NCBI GenBank assembly: GCA_038214715.1
Contig: JBBQRP010000017.1
Coordinates: 15,080-79,079, forward strand
Reading direction: 5' to 3'
Origin: Thermoanaerobaculia bacterium
GTDB taxonomy: Bacteria > Acidobacteriota > Thermoanaerobaculia > UBA5066
Length of the DNA stretch: 64,000 bases
Part shown: positions 44,411 to 53,043 of the stretch, one piece after another
How the letters are laid out: every line of letters begins with the position of its first letter
How positions within the stretch are numbered: the first letter of the stretch is position 1
Notes under the pieces: model-generated
The model's database searches: none
Told to the model about the DNA's origin: nothing
What the model saw: only the letters and a program-made list of their open reading frames with translations
Made by a program: the position numbers and the translations under genes

Positions 44411-46167
44411 CTGGCCAGGTCGAGCGGCTTGCCGACAGCGTCGGGGAGCGTCACGCCGAGCCAGCGTCCGACCGTCGGCGCGAGATCGTACGGCGTCGTC
44501 GCGGCCTCGGAGACCCCGGCCTTCACCGCACCCCAGAACACGAGCGGCACGTGGATGTCGTACTCGTAGTGCGTGCCGTGCATCGCTCCGCGCCCGGGGT
44601 TGTACGAGTTCATGACGCCCCACCGCGGGATCACGAACGCGTCGCCGGAACGCTCGCGGTCGAAGTCGTTGCGCACGAACGAGACCGCGGGCGTCGACGG
44701 CCACGAGGCCTCCTGGGAGACGAGGAGCACGTCCTCGACTTCTTCGTCCCATACGTGCCGGATGATCTTCGGAAGAACGCGGTCGACGTCCGCGGCGGTC
44801 ACGGGCGATCCGACCGGCCCGCAGGCGCCACTGGCGGTCTTGTACGGGAACGACGCGCGGCTGTAGAAGAGGTTCCAGCCGTCCACGGCACCGACGACCG
44901 TCGCGGAGTGGTCGAGACAAAGCGCGTCGTCGAGGAGGCGGTTCATCCGGGCACGGTCGTTGTTCAGCGTCTCACGGCCGGTCTCGAGACGGCCGCCCTT
45001 CGAGTACTTGTCGAGCACCTTCGCGACCTCCGGCATCATCGGGAAGCCGTGGTCCGCGGACAGGGCGAGGAGAACGGTTCCTTTCGGATACTTCGCCTCG
45101 AGTGCGTCGAGCACGCGGCCGATCTGTACGTCGAGACGTCGCAGCGCGTCGCGGGACTCCTCGCTTTCGTCGCCGTAGTCGTGCGCGACAGGGTCGTGGC
45201 CGGAGAACGAGATCGCGAGGAGGTCCGGCACCGCGCCGCGCCCGAGCGCATAGGAAGGATCGTTCAGGAACGCGAGCGCGAGATCGGCGGTCAGAACGTC
45301 GATGAAGGGGCTGCGATAGACGCCGCCCAGGTAGCCGGTCGCTCCGCCCGCGGGAATGCGCCCGTACGTCGAGAGATCGTGCCCGAAGCCGACGCCGTGG
45401 ACCGGAAACTGGTAGCGCGAGATCACGTTCGCGGGGACCGCTGTCGGAACGGGCGGTGCCCCTGGCGCGGCGTCGGGTTCGGGCAGCTTGTCCCACACGA
45501 TGCCGAAGCGCTTTCGGATCGTATCGCCCGCCTGCTCCTCGTTGAACCTCGTGACGAGTTCTTCAGCCCTCGCCGGCGGTCGATAGGCCGCCGACGTCTG
45601 GAAGCGGCCGGTCCAGCCGTCGTACCAGTACACGGCGTGGGCCGGGTTCTTCCCGGCCAGGAAGATCGCGCCGCGATCCTTCGCCGAAACCGAGACGACG
45701 CGGGCGCCGGGAATTTGCTCGACGAGGCGGTCGCCGAGCGTGGGAACGCGCAGGTTCCCGGGTCCGGGAATCTTCCGCCCGCTCGCCGTGTCCTTCTGGT
45801 CGGTGCAGTAGATGTTCCGGAGCCCGCCGTCCTGCCCCACGTACTCGAACCAGCTGTTGAGGACGATTCCCGAGACGCGGGGGGGCGCGCCCGTGCCGAG
45901 CGAGGCGTGGCCCGGACCCGTTTCGGTGTTCAGGTGCTCGTAGCGGGCCGCTCTCTCGATAAGGCCCTCGTCGAGAAGCTTCTTGAACCCCGCCGTGTAG
46001 AGTGGGCGATAGCTCTCGAGCCGGGAATAGGAGAGGCCGTCGACCGAGATCACGACGGCGAGCCGGGGCCGGATCGCGGGAGCGGGCCCGGGCGCCGGGG
46101 GGGCGGACCGGATGGGCGCGGCAAGCGCGAGGGCGAGTACGAGGAGGGCTGCGGGGGAGCGCGTCAT
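44407..46167 (-). CDS. alkaline-phosphatase-superfamily protein (type I phosphodiesterase/nucleotide pyrophosphatase-like), secreted
   Basis: Signal peptide, then LAVVISVDGLSYS, ETGPGHASLGTGAPP, SADHGF and GAMHGTH metal-site motifs. Confidence 0.86.
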   Translation of the reverse strand: MTRSPAALLVLALALAAPIRSAPPAPGPAPAIRPRLAVVISVDGLSYSRLESYRPLYTAGFKKLLDEGLIERAARYEHLNTETGPGHASLGTGAPPRVSGIVLNSWFEYVGQDGGLRNIYCTDQKDTASGRKIPGPGNLRVPTLGDRLVEQIPGARVVSVSAKDRGAIFLAGKNPAHAVYWYDGWTGRFQTSAAYRPPARAEELVTRFNEEQAGDTIRKRFGIVWDKLPEPDAAPGAPPVPTAVPANVISRYQFPVHGVGFGHDLSTYGRIPAGGATGYLGGVYRSPFIDVLTADLALAFLNDPSYALGRGAVPDLLAISFSGHDPVAHDYGDESEESRDALRRLDVQIGRVLDALEAKYPKGTVLLALSADHGFPMMPEVAKVLDKYSKGGRLETGRETLNNDRARMNRLLDDALCLDHSATVVGAVDGWNLFYSRASFPYKTASGACGPVGSPVTAADVDRVLPKIIRHVWDEEVEDVLLVSQEASWPSTPAVSFVRNDFDRERSGDAFVIPRWGVMNSYNPGRGAMHGTHYEYDIHVPLVFWGAVKAGVSEAATTPYDLAPTVGRWLGVTLPDAVGKPLDLAR

Positions 46168-46246
46168 GCGTCCATCCTGCCACGGAGTCCGGCGTATACG
46201 AGCCGTAAAATCGGCGCCATTTCCGTCTGATATCCTCCGCCGCGCC

Positions 46247-46870
46247 GTGTTTCAGCTCTTCCCCCGCGAGGAGACGTTCCTCCCGCAGTTCGCGCGAGCC
46301 GCGGAGATCATCCTCGAGGCGGCGACGGCCCTCGACGCGCTCGCCGCCGACTTCACCGACGTCGAGCTGAAGGTCGCGCACATCAAGCACCTCGAGCACG
46401 AGGGCGACCAGGTCGCGCACCAGACGTTCGGCCTTCTCTCGCGGACGTGGATCACGCCGATCGACCGCGAGGATATCCACTCTTTGGTGAAGGCCCTCGA
46501 CGACGTTCTCGACTTCATCGACGCGGCGGCGAACCGTCTCGTCCTCTACAAGATTCCCGGGCCGCGGCCGGGGCTGAAGCAGGCGACGGAGATCCTCGTT
46601 CAGTCGGCGGACGCGATCCGCCGTGCGATGACGCTGCTCGGCGACCTGAAGCATTCCGCGGCGATCCTCGAGATCTGCGTCGAGATCAACCGCCTGGAGA
46701 ACGAGGCCGACACGCTGAACCGGATCTCGATCGGCCGCCTCTTCGAGACGGAGAAGGATCCGATCACCCTCCTGAAGTGGAAGGAAATCTACGAGGTCCT
46801 CGAAGAAGCCACGGACCGCTGCGAGGACGTCGCGAACGTCTTCGAGCAGATCGTCCTGAAGTCTTCCTGA
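46247..46870 (+). CDS. DUF47-family (PhoU-like) phosphate transport regulator
   Basis: I trimmed track ORF 46112..46870 to GTG at 46247. HLEHEGDQV, DREDIHSL, NRLENEADT and EEATDRCEDVAN are typical. Lies immediately upstream of PiT. Confidence 0.85.
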   Translation: MFQLFPREETFLPQFARAAEIILEAATALDALAADFTDVELKVAHIKHLEHEGDQVAHQTFGLLSRTWITPIDREDIHSLVKALDDVLDFIDAAANRLVLYKIPGPRPGLKQATEILVQSADAIRRAMTLLGDLKHSAAILEICVEINRLENEADTLNRISIGRLFETEKDPITLLKWKEIYEVLEEATDRCEDVANVFEQIVLKSS

Positions 46871-46886
46871 GTCCCGCACGGCGCCG

Positions 46887-47873
46887 ATGAGCTTCGTTCT
46901 CTTCGTCGTACTCGTCGCGCTCGCCTTCGACTTCATCAACGGCTTCCACGACGCGGCGAACTCGATCGCCACCGTGGTGGGGACGCGCGTCCTGACGCCG
47001 AAGAAGGCGGTCGCGTGGGCTGCGTTCTTCAACTTCGTCGCGGCGTTCTCCCTCGAGACGCGCGTCGCCAAGACGATCGGCAAGGACATCGTGAACCCCG
47101 CCGTCGTCGACCCGGTCCTCATCCTCGCGGCGCTCGTCGGCGCGATCGTGTGGAATCTCCTCACGTGGTGGGGGGGGCTGCCGTCGTCTTCTTCGCACGC
47201 GCTCATCGGGGGTTTCGCGGGAGCGGCCGTCATGAAGGCGGGGCCGGCAGCGCTCGTCGCGAAGGGACTCGGGAAGACGCTGCTCTTCATCATCCTGTCG
47301 CCGATCCTCGGCTTCGTGCTGGGTTTTTTCTTCTTCCTGGTCGTGGCCTGGGCCTTCCGGCGAGCACGGCCAGAGCCGCTCGACCGCGGCTTCCGGAAGG
47401 TCCAGCTCGTCTCGGCCGCGGCGTTCTCGTTCGGCCACGGGATGAACGACGCCCAGAAGACGATGGGAATCATCGCCGCCCTCCTCTTCTCGGCGGGTTA
47501 CCTGAAGGTGATGGAGATTCCCTTCTGGATCGTCCTCATCTGCCACGCGGCGATCGGCCTCGGAACGCTCACGGGGGGATGGCGCATCGTCCGCACGATG
47601 GGGATGAGGATCACGACGCTCAAGCCGATCGGCGGCTCCTGCGCCGAGTTCGCGGGCGCGGTGACGCTCATCGGAGCCTCTCTCGGGGGCATTCCCGTGT
47701 CGACGACGCATACGATCACGGGCGCGATCATGGGCGTGGGGTCCGTGCGGCGCTTCTCGGCCGTACGCTGGGGCGTGGCGCGCTCGATCGTGACGGCCTG
47801 GATCCTGACGATTCCGGCCTCGGCGGGCGTGGCGGCGGTCGTGTGGCTCGTCCTGTCCGCGTTCCTCCGCTGA
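46887..47873 (+). CDS. inorganic phosphate transporter, PiT family
   Basis: 328 aa. DFINGFHDAANSIATVV and GHGMNDAQKTMG signatures. Confidence 0.95.
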   Translation: MSFVLFVVLVALAFDFINGFHDAANSIATVVGTRVLTPKKAVAWAAFFNFVAAFSLETRVAKTIGKDIVNPAVVDPVLILAALVGAIVWNLLTWWGGLPSSSSHALIGGFAGAAVMKAGPAALVAKGLGKTLLFIILSPILGFVLGFFFFLVVAWAFRRARPEPLDRGFRKVQLVSAAAFSFGHGMNDAQKTMGIIAALLFSAGYLKVMEIPFWIVLICHAAIGLGTLTGGWRIVRTMGMRITTLKPIGGSCAEFAGAVTLIGASLGGIPVSTTHTITGAIMGVGSVRRFSAVRWGVARSIVTAWILTIPASAGVAAVVWLVLSAFLR

Positions 47874-47888
47874 AGAGACGCTTTCGGC

Positions 47889-48527
47889 TCAGCGTTTCGG
47901 CTTGTCGGCCGGCGCCAGGCCGGCGCCGGGACGCCGCACGCCGAGCTTCGGCGCCTCCTTCGTCGTGCGCCGGCGCGTGTGAAGGATTTTTCCGAGTTCT
48001 TTGTTGAGGGGGTTGTCGCGATCGAGGAACGCGATCGGAGGTGCCGCCCGCACGCCGATCTCGTCGCGGAACGCGAGAAGGATCGCGCTTCGCGGGCTTT
48101 CCTTCAGGCCGCGCTCGACCGCGGAGACCATCTCGAGTCGCGCGCGGGCGTTCTGCCAGATCTTCGCGAGGTTCAGGTAGTGCTCGCCCTTGTGGGACTC
48201 GAGCTGGATCGCGATCTCGCAGAATCGCGCCGCCTCGTCGGTCCGCGACGTCGCGGTCAGCGCGAGGCAGAGGCCGTAATACGAGAAGCAGACGGCCGGC
48301 GTCCTCTTGCGGCTCCCGAGCTGCTCGACGCCGCGTGCGGCCTTGACCTCTTCGCTCAGGACCTCGGTTTCTGTCGAGAAAATTCTGTAGGCCTCGGCAA
48401 GGAGGACGAGACCGCGGGCGTACCGCTCGGCCCGCGCCGCATCGATCCCGAGGCGCATGAGCTCCATGGGATCGGCGGTCGCAGCCTCCGCCAGCACCTG
48501 AGCGGGAACGACGCTGCGCTCACGCAT
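47889..48527 (-). CDS. hypothetical protein (helical, TPR-like?)
   Basis: I trimmed track ORF 47889..49439 to ATG at 48527 (MRERSVVPAQ...). The upstream part is antisense to rlmI. No family recognised. Confidence 0.5.
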   Translation of the reverse strand: MRERSVVPAQVLAEAATADPMELMRLGIDAARAERYARGLVLLAEAYRIFSTETEVLSEEVKAARGVEQLGSRKRTPAVCFSYYGLCLALTATSRTDEAARFCEIAIQLESHKGEHYLNLAKIWQNARARLEMVSAVERGLKESPRSAILLAFRDEIGVRAAPPIAFLDRDNPLNKELGKILHTRRRTTKEAPKLGVRRPGAGLAPADKPKR

Positions 48528-48604
48528 TCTCCGTCCTCTTCCTGAGGCGAGTCTCCGGGGTTCGGGCGGCTGCGTCAAGGCGTGCGTGAAGAGGGTCCGG
48601 TATC

Positions 48605-49801
48605 GTGCGTGCGATGCGGACGCTTTTTGTCGCCAAGGGCCGCGGCGCGGCGACGCGTCGCCGGCATCCGTGGCTCTTTTCGGGCTCGGTCGCCCGGGAG
48701 GAGGGCGCCTCGCCGGACGGCATCGTCGAGGCCCGCGATGCGTCGGGAGCGTTCCTCGCACGCGGATTCGCGTCGCCGACGTCCCCGATCGTCGCCCGAT
48801 TCTGGACGTTCGAGGACCGCGACGTCGATTCGCGCCTGGCGCGGGAGCGCGTCGAGAGCGCGCTGGCGCTCCGCGTGCGCGTCGTGCCGCCGGAAACGGA
48901 CGGCTACCGCGTCGTGAACGCCGAAGGGGACTTCCTCCCCGGGCTCGTCGTCGACCGGTTCGGCGACGTCCTCGTCGTCCAGTCGTCGACCGAGGGCACC
49001 GATCGCGCCCGTCCTCTCTGGCTGCCGGCGCTCGTCGACGCGTTCCCCGCCAGCGTGATCGTACAGAAGAACGACCTCGCGTCGCGCGCGGGCGAAGGGC
49101 TGACGGTTGGCGACGAGCTCCTTCTCGGAAACGCGGTCCCCGGCCGCGCCGCGTTCCTCGAGCGCGGCCTCTCGTTCGTGGCCGAGGTTGCTTCCGGTCA
49201 GAAGACGGGCTTCTTCCTCGACCAGCGCGAAAACCGCGATCTCGTGCGGTCGCTCGCGCGCGGGCGGAGTCTCCTGAACCTCTTCTCGTATTCCGGCGCC
49301 TTCGGGGTGGCGGCCCTCGCGGGGGGGGCGACGCGGGTGACCCACGTCGACGTCTCGGGCGCCGCACTCGATCTGGCCCGGGAGAATCACGTGAGGAACG
49401 GCCAGCCGGTGACGGGGCCCGAATCCCGAGTGGAGACACGCGAGGCGGACGTCTTCGGCGACCTTCGGGCGCGCGTCGCGGCGGGAGAGCGCTGGGACAT
49501 CGTCGTCACGGACCCCCCGGCGTTCGCGAAGAGAAAGGCCGACGTCGACAAGGCGTGCCGCGGCTACAAGGACATCAACCGGCTCGCGTTCCAGCTCCTC
49601 GCGCCGGGTGGCCTCCTGCTCGCGTGCTCCTGTTCGGGCCGCATCTCGCCGGATCTCTTCCAGAAGGTGATCTTCGCGGCGGCGCTGGACGCGCGGCGTC
49701 CCGCGCGCCTCCTCGAGCGGCGTGGCGCCGGCCCCGATCATCCCGTCTCCATCGACTGCCCCGAGGGCGACTACCTGAAGGCGTTTCTCCTCTCCGTGTG
49801 A
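48605..49801 (+). CDS. rlmI: class I SAM-dependent 23S rRNA (cytosine-C5) methyltransferase, RlmI-like (PUA plus MTase)
   Basis: RRHPWLFSGSV N-terminus, GQKTGFFLDQREN, LLNLFSYSGAFG, DPPAFAK. Confidence 0.86.
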   Translation: MRAMRTLFVAKGRGAATRRRHPWLFSGSVAREEGASPDGIVEARDASGAFLARGFASPTSPIVARFWTFEDRDVDSRLARERVESALALRVRVVPPETDGYRVVNAEGDFLPGLVVDRFGDVLVVQSSTEGTDRARPLWLPALVDAFPASVIVQKNDLASRAGEGLTVGDELLLGNAVPGRAAFLERGLSFVAEVASGQKTGFFLDQRENRDLVRSLARGRSLLNLFSYSGAFGVAALAGGATRVTHVDVSGAALDLARENHVRNGQPVTGPESRVETREADVFGDLRARVAAGERWDIVVTDPPAFAKRKADVDKACRGYKDINRLAFQLLAPGGLLLACSCSGRISPDLFQKVIFAAALDARRPARLLERRGAGPDHPVSIDCPEGDYLKAFLLSV

Positions 49802-49882
49802 CGCTTCGGATGGCATGGGCCGGATGCCCCCCGGGCTTTCCGGTGCGGTCGAAACGTCCGTCCTCGAGCTCGACGTCGTCGT

Positions 49883-49920
49883 GACGGACCGGGACGCGGG
49901 CGGCGCGGCCACGGTCCGTC
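49883..49920 (+). other. 9-bp perfect GC-rich stem (GACGGACCG...CGGTCCGTC) in the rlmI / GT4 spacer
   Basis: Read directly. 20-nt loop, no U-tract. GATAAT follows immediately, 9 nt upstream of the GT4 ATG. Confidence 0.3.
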
Positions 49921-49935
49921 GATAATCGCGGCTTC

Positions 49936-51135
49936 ATGCCGCTTCCCGTCGTCGCGCTCGTGGGACCCGTTCCGCCATGGCGGAGCGGAATAGCGGACCA
50001 GACGCAGCGTCTCGCGGCCGCCATGAAGGCGCTCGGCGTCGTCCCGCTGGTGTTCACGTTTCGAAGAATGTATCCGGGGTTTCTCTATCCGGGGAGAAGA
50101 GAAGAAAACTTCTTTGAAGGGGGAGAGGGGACGGGAGAGAAGAGAAGCACGGAGGATTTCTTAGAAGGTGAAGAGGCGGACGCGCTCGCCGTGCACGCCT
50201 CCCTCGATGGCTTCAATCCCTTATCCTTTTATTCCACTTCCAGGAGAATTCTCGCTCCTCCTTCTTCCCCTGTTTCGCTCGTCGTCATTCCCTGGTGGAC
50301 CGCGTATTTCGCGCCGCATGTTCTTCTCCTGCTCTCCGGTCTCTCCCGCGGTTCTTCCACTTCCCGCCCGACGACGCTTCTCCTCTGCCACAACGTCTTC
50401 GACCACGAGCCGCATCGGTTCACGGACGCGCTCACGCGCGCGGTCCTCCGGCGCGCCGACTGTTTCGTCGTCCAGAACGCGCGGAACGCAGGCGAGATCG
50501 AGCGGGTGCGCCCGAATGCTGCCGTCTCGATCGTGCCGCATCCCTCGGAGCCGCGAGCCGTGATTCTCGACCGCGCGGCCGCGCGCGCCCGCCTGGGAGT
50601 TCCGGTGGACGCGCCCGTGTTCCTCTTCAGCGGGCTCCTCCGGCCCTACAAGGGCTGGTCGGTCCTCCTCGAAGCCTTCTCCGCCGTGAGAAAGGAAATC
50701 CCCGAGGCGCTCCTCGTACTCGCGGGGGAACCGTGGGGAGACGCGCGCCGCCTCCGCGAACGGGCTCCCGCCGGCGTGCGGTTCGAGCTCTCGTACCTCA
50801 GGGAGGACGAGCGCGCCGAGTGGTTCGCGGCCTGTGACGCGGTGGTGTGTCCCTACCTCCACGCGACCGGCTCGGGAATCGCCGCCGATGCGTTCGCGTT
50901 CTCGCGGCCCGTCATCGGCACCGAAGTGGACGGCCTCCGCGACGTCGTGGAAGAGGGACGAAGCGGGCTTCTCGTCCCTCCCGGCGACGCAGGAGCGCTG
51001 GCCTCCGCGATGATCCGGTTCGTGGGGGAGGACCTGGGTCCGCGCCTCTCGGCCGGCGCCGCGCTTCGCCGCGCCGTGTTCGCGCCCGCGGAGCACGCCC
51101 GGCGGGTCCTCGCGGCGGGCGGCGTCGACGTATGA
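49936..51135 (+). CDS. glycosyltransferase family 4 (GT-B fold)
   Basis: 399 aa. The C-terminal domain has GEPWGD...CPYLHATGSGIAADAFAFSRPVIGTEVDGLRDVVEEGRSGLLVPP (the E-x7-E region). The N-terminal domain carries a low-GC insert at about 50055..50290. Confidence 0.85.
   Translation: MPLPVVALVGPVPPWRSGIADQTQRLAAAMKALGVVPLVFTFRRMYPGFLYPGRREENFFEGGEGTGEKRSTEDFLEGEEADALAVHASLDGFNPLSFYSTSRRILAPPSSPVSLVVIPWWTAYFAPHVLLLLSGLSRGSSTSRPTTLLLCHNVFDHEPHRFTDALTRAVLRRADCFVVQNARNAGEIERVRPNAAVSIVPHPSEPRAVILDRAAARARLGVPVDAPVFLFSGLLRPYKGWSVLLEAFSAVRKEIPEALLVLAGEPWGDARRLRERAPAGVRFELSYLREDERAEWFAACDAVVCPYLHATGSGIAADAFAFSRPVIGTEVDGLRDVVEEGRSGLLVPPGDAGALASAMIRFVGEDLGPRLSAGAALRRAVFAPAEHARRVLAAGGVDV
50103..50129 (+). 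repeat. motif copy A1: AGAAAACTTCTTTGAAGGGGGAGAGGG
   Basis: Inside the GT4 low-GC insert. The overlapping 23-mer at 50096..50118 matches B2 (33187..33209) at 21 of 23 positions. Confidence 0.65.
50151..50177 (+). repeat. motif copy A2: GGAGGATTTCTTAGAAGGTGAAGAGGC
   Basis: Inside the GT4 low-GC insert, 48 nt after A1. The best match to the consensus. Confidence 0.75.
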
Positions 51136-51148
51136 GATCCTTCGCGCG

Positions 51149-52066
51149 ATGGGCTCCGTCCGCATGTTTCGCGACCGCGTCGTCTCGATGGAGCAGACGC
51201 AGGAAATCGGCGAAAAACACATCGACCTCCTGAGCGCCCTCGCCTGCGAGGCTCTCCCGGGCTTCGCGGTCGCGGCGCACGGCCTCGAGCACGAGCGCGA
51301 CCACTACTGGCTTTCACTCTCGAACGCGGAGAACGGGGCGGCCTGTCGGGTCACGTTCACGCGCATGTTCCTGTCGGACGCCCACCGGCTCCCGGCCGTG
51401 GTCGCGGACGCGAACGCCGACGTGCGTGGCCAGATCGTCGCGTGCATCCGCGAGCAGGCCGGGCGTGTCGAGATCCTCGTCAACGTCGCGCGCCTCCTGA
51501 CCGAGGAGGAACGGACGGAGCGCGAGGAGATCGAAAGCGAATGGCGCAAGAAGCACGAGGCCGCTCTCGCGGCGCGGCGCGCCGAAGACGAGCGGCGCGC
51601 CCGCGAGCGGCAGCGCCAGAAGCAGCAGGAAGACGCGCGCCGGCTGGCTCAACGCGAGAAGGAGCGGCGCGAGCGCGCCGCCTCGGGCGCCGGTGCGGGG
51701 CAGCAGGGTGACGCCGCGCGCCCGGGGCGGCGGCGGCGGCGAGGGCGCGGCGGGAACGCCCCCGGCCAACAGGCCGGAGGCGTTGGCCCCGCGCGTTCGC
51801 AACAGCCGCAGGCGAGCCGGCCGGCGGCCGCGGCTCCGGGACCACATGCGCAGGCTCCATCCCGCCATAATCGGCCGCGGCCCGCGGTCCCCGCGGCCGG
51901 TCCGGTCTCCGCGGCCGGTCCGGTCTCCGAGGGTCCGCACGGCGACGGCGGAAGCGGTCGGCGCCGCCGGCGCCGGGGGCGCGGCCGAGGCGGCTCCGGG
52001 GGACCCGGTGGAACCCGGCCGGGCGGTGCCGGCCCCGCGGCACCACCGGCGGGACCAGGCGGTTAG
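51149..52066 (+). CDS. hypothetical protein: folded N-domain, charged coiled coil, R/G/P-rich disordered tail
   Basis: 305 aa. The N-terminal ~115 aa have ordinary composition, followed by EEERTEREEIESEWRKKHE...RQRQKQQEDARR and a low-complexity tail. The reality of the tail is uncertain in high-GC DNA. Confidence 0.45.
   Translation: MGSVRMFRDRVVSMEQTQEIGEKHIDLLSALACEALPGFAVAAHGLEHERDHYWLSLSNAENGAACRVTFTRMFLSDAHRLPAVVADANADVRGQIVACIREQAGRVEILVNVARLLTEEERTEREEIESEWRKKHEAALAARRAEDERRARERQRQKQQEDARRLAQREKERRERAASGAGAGQQGDAARPGRRRRRGRGGNAPGQQAGGVGPARSQQPQASRPAAAAPGPHAQAPSRHNRPRPAVPAAGPVSAAGPVSEGPHGDGGSGRRRRRRGRGRGGSGGPGGTRPGGAGPAAPPAGPGG
51891..51926 (+). repeat. perfect tandem duplication of an 18-nt unit (CCGCGGCCGGTCCGGTCT x2)
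   Basis: Read directly. Encodes AAGPVS-AAGPVS in the disordered tail of the 51149..52066 ORF. Confidence 0.9.
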
Positions 52067-52091
52067 CCGGCCGGGTTCCCTGCGCCAGGCG

Positions 52092-53018
52092 TCAGAGAAC
52101 GTCGCCGCAGTGCGGGCAGAACACGAATCCCGCCGCGTTCGGGTGAGCGCAGGAGACGTCGATCGTTCCCACGGGAAGAGGCGACGCGGCGGTCCCGTCG
52201 AGCGCGTGGAGCCTCACGCGCACGCCGTGCGTGTCGGTGGCGAGGAGCTCGAGGCGGCGGCGGACGGGACCCTCCGGGCCGTTCGCCTCGATGACGAAGC
52301 CCCCCGCGCGCCGGCAGCTCTCCTGAAACCAGGCTGCGAGCGGACCGAGAAAGGCCGCGGAAATCCTGCGGGTGATCGCGGGGTGGTCCGCGTCGAACGT
52401 GCGAAGGAAGGCGCCGTGCGTGTTCGTCCCGAGCTCGAACTCCGTCGCTCCGAAGCGGAGCGCTTCGGCGAGGAGCGCGCGTCCGAGGCGGTCGATCGAA
52501 TCGTCGGGAACGACGCGGAACGTCCCGGAAGGAGAGGGGTCTTCTTTCGCGGCCGCCTCGACCGGGTTGAATCCGATCCCGGCGGCCCGACCTTCGAAGC
52601 TCTCGATCAGATCTTCGAGGACCGGATCGGGCGTCACATAGAGGTCCACCTCGAAGCCCGTCGCCGCCGCGAGGTTCCGTAGCAGCACGAGGTTCCGGGG
52701 GTCGCAGGTCGCGATCCTCAGGCGTTTCCCCGAGAGCGCGAAAGGAAGGGCCCGAAGACGGCGCCGCTCCTTGGCGGGAAGACAGTCGACGATGTCGGGG
52801 TCCGCGCCCGCGAGCGTGGCGCGCGACACGCCGGGGAGACCGTACGCCTGTGAGAGCGCGGCGGTCAGCACTTCCTCGGTCACCGCGCCGGTCGAGAGGA
52901 GGGCCCGCTCGATCGTGCCGCCGTAGGTCTTCTGCCAGGTCGACGCGCGGCTCAGCCGACGGACCGTGAGGTCGCCGGCTTCCGCCAGGACGTCTCCGAC
53001 TCCGAGAGGAACAGCCAT
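52092..53018 (-). CDS. T2SS-E N-terminal (MshEN/GspE_N) domain protein with C-terminal zinc ribbon
   Basis: LGVGDVLAEAGDLT...EEVLTAALSQAYGLPGVSRATL...LRIATCDPRNLVLLRNLAAATGFEVDLYV matches the GspE_N repeat layout. No ATPase domain. Ends in CAHPNAAGFVFCPHCG. Confidence 0.68.
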   Translation of the reverse strand: MAVPLGVGDVLAEAGDLTVRRLSRASTWQKTYGGTIERALLSTGAVTEEVLTAALSQAYGLPGVSRATLAGADPDIVDCLPAKERRRLRALPFALSGKRLRIATCDPRNLVLLRNLAAATGFEVDLYVTPDPVLEDLIESFEGRAAGIGFNPVEAAAKEDPSPSGTFRVVPDDSIDRLGRALLAEALRFGATEFELGTNTHGAFLRTFDADHPAITRRISAAFLGPLAAWFQESCRRAGGFVIEANGPEGPVRRRLELLATDTHGVRVRLHALDGTAASPLPVGTIDVSCAHPNAAGFVFCPHCGDVL

Positions 53019-53043
53019 CGTGATCCTCTAGTCTACCCGCCGG

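Noticed and set aside
46203-46234. Pho-box-like direct repeats in the phosphodiesterase / DUF47 divergent spacer.
   Set aside because: There are only two short CCGT-containing segments 20 nt apart. The match to CTGTCAT-N4-CTGTCAT is too weak to call without a genome-wide motif.
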